Shown: one piece after another, positions 62,419 through 64,000 of the stretch
Layout of the letters: every line of letters starts with the position of its first letter
Position numbering within the stretch: position 1 is the first letter of the stretch
From: Zootoca vivipara
Lineage: Eukaryota
NCBI RefSeq assembly: GCF_963506605.1
Contig: NC_083277.1
Coordinates: 27,404,001-27,468,000 of the forward strand
Reading direction: 5' to 3'
DNA length: 64,000 nt
Translations under genes and position numbers: made by a program
The notes under the pieces: generated by a model
Seen by the model: the letters and a program-made list of their open reading frames with translations, nothing else
Told to the model about the DNA's origin: nothing
Database searches by the model: none

Positions 62419-63361
62419 GTGGACATCCTTGTCTGGTTCATTGAGCCAACAGAAAGGTGGCAGACTCTAGATGTGGGTGCCTCGTACATTACTTTGATCC
62501 ATTTTATAAACTCCAAGGGAAATCCAAATTTAATTAAAGCTAACTCCATATACTGTTTATAAATTTTATCAAAGGCCTTTTCGGCATCTAATGATACGAT
62601 TACAAACTGATCTTAATTTTTATTTAAGCCAAACAAATGTACCACTAATCTAGTGTTATCTGCAGCTTGTCTTGTTTTTATAAAGCTGGTCTGATCCCTC
62701 TCGATTACCATCGCAATTACCTGTTGGATTCTATTTGCTAGTGTTGATGTTAAATTTTTTGTATCAGCATTAATCAAGGATATAGGGCGATAATTCACAC
62801 ATTTTCTGTTATCCTTATCTTGTTTGGGAATAACTTTGATATAAGCTTAGTTAAATATTGTTGATATGATACCTTTATCAAGTATCTCATCATACAATTG
62901 ATGAAGTTTTGGTCCAGTATCCATCCTCAATAGTAACTGGCCACACTAAGTCCAAAAACATATGTGGGGTACCATATTGGCTATCTACAATCTAGAAGCT
63001 TCCAGGTATACCTCCCTTCCAAGTATACAATGAGTTTCAAGTACATGCCTATGTCTGCATGGTGAAATGTTAATAGAACAACATGAAGGACTGGTTTTTG
63101 TGTATGTCTGAGAACAGTCTTACTGTTGTAATGCAAGACATTTATTTTAACTTTCATTGTTACTCATAACTTATCTTATATTTTTACCATTATTTTCTAC
63201 AAGCCTGATGTTAAATTTTATTCATGTTGATGCCAGATAATGAGAATAAAAGCTAGAATTCTGATAGGTTTGTGGCCGATGCTCATATTGTTAGGTTAGT
63301 AATTTGGCAGTTAAGCACATTTTAAAAAGGATAGATGAGTGAGCTGAAAGAAATGAAGAAG

Positions 63362-63451
63362 CATAGCCGCCAAGTTATCCCTTTTTAAAAGGGATTTTCC
63401 CTTATGCTGAATAGGCTTCCTCGTGAGAAAAGTGAAAACTTGGCAGCTATG
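63362..63451. mobile_element. 90-bp hAT MITE
   Basis: Perfect TSD TGAAGAAG; TIR CATAGC(C/T)GCCAAGTT. Confidence 0.92.
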
Positions 63452-64000
63452 TGAAGAAGACACACCAAGTTTGTTGGAAATCAGAAATCCAAGCAAAACA
63501 CGCCATTAATTACAAAAGTCACTGTAGCTGTTCATTCTGCATTTTTATAGAAGCTACTTTCTCTTTGGAAATGCACAAGGGCAATGAGAGTAATATGATG
63601 TGAAATACGCTTCATAGGGAAGCATCAGATCACAGTCTTTGGGAGGTTTCTACACGTCTCAACCTTCTTTTGATGGTTCACCTGCCATACACGAGGGACT
63701 CCATCCAAATTCTGACAGCCTTGATCTACCAGAAGGAATGAGTAATGCCAGCCAATCAGTACTAAGGGGCATGATCAAAAGCATCAAGTCATTTAGATTT
63801 CTGCCTTTAAAGCACGGGAGTTGGACAGCCCTGGGTTAAGCCTGCAGAGATCCAAATTCAGTATTAGTAGGCGTGCACAATATGTCTGAAGAACGATTCT
63901 TTTCCCCTGCTCCTCCCTAATACACAGGTATTAAGAGTCAAATCACTGCAGTGAGAATGGCTGGCACGTTGTTTGTTTCTTCCCCTGTTAAACAAATTGG

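Larger units (their letters stand above)
59865..62930 (-). mobile_element. Degenerate L1 LINE ORF2 (RT to C-terminus) with nested insertions
   Basis: NYRPISLINADTK...LANRI...DQT.FI..RQ..DN; RQGCPLSP split by a MITE; LFAGDILLF...FGKISGY.VNW.KSE; many stops and frameshifts. Confidence 0.85.

Noticed and set aside
1-64000. CRISPR arrays, operons or other prokaryotic systems
   Set aside because: Vertebrate repeat landscape; no regularly spaced repeat-spacer array seen

Overview
Eukaryotic, repeat-rich vertebrate DNA. The repeat inventory points to a squamate reptile, most likely a lacertid lizard (inference from Sauria SINEs, Squam3/MIR-like SINEs, Bov-B, L2, CR1, L1 and many hAT/Tc1-mariner MITEs). 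I found no recognisable host protein-coding exon, so the window looks intergenic or deep intronic. The only long ORF (51919-54099, minus strand, open upstream to about 54309) belongs to a young, 5'-truncated Penelope-like retroelement of Neptune type, encoding reverse transcriptase, a Cys-rich linker and a C-terminal GIY-YIG endonuclease. Its 3' pseudo-LTR carries a minimal type I hammerhead ribozyme. Three stand-alone ~95-140 bp copies of this ribozyme cassette lie elsewhere (17.5, 48.7 and 59.1 kb). Each has direct-repeat flanks and nearly the same 5' end, just downstream of a TATA/Inr-like site in the parent, which suggests a short ribozyme-bearing RNA mobilised by the Penelope RT. Other points of interest: a Penelope/Bov-B junction, two CR1-tailed SINEs with different tRNA heads, an unexplained 379-bp segment between perfect 30-bp direct repeats, a 25-bp templated copy inside an L1, nested insertions, and three hAT target-site signatures readable from the target-site duplications (TSDs). 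All family names come from recall and pattern matching, not from database searches.
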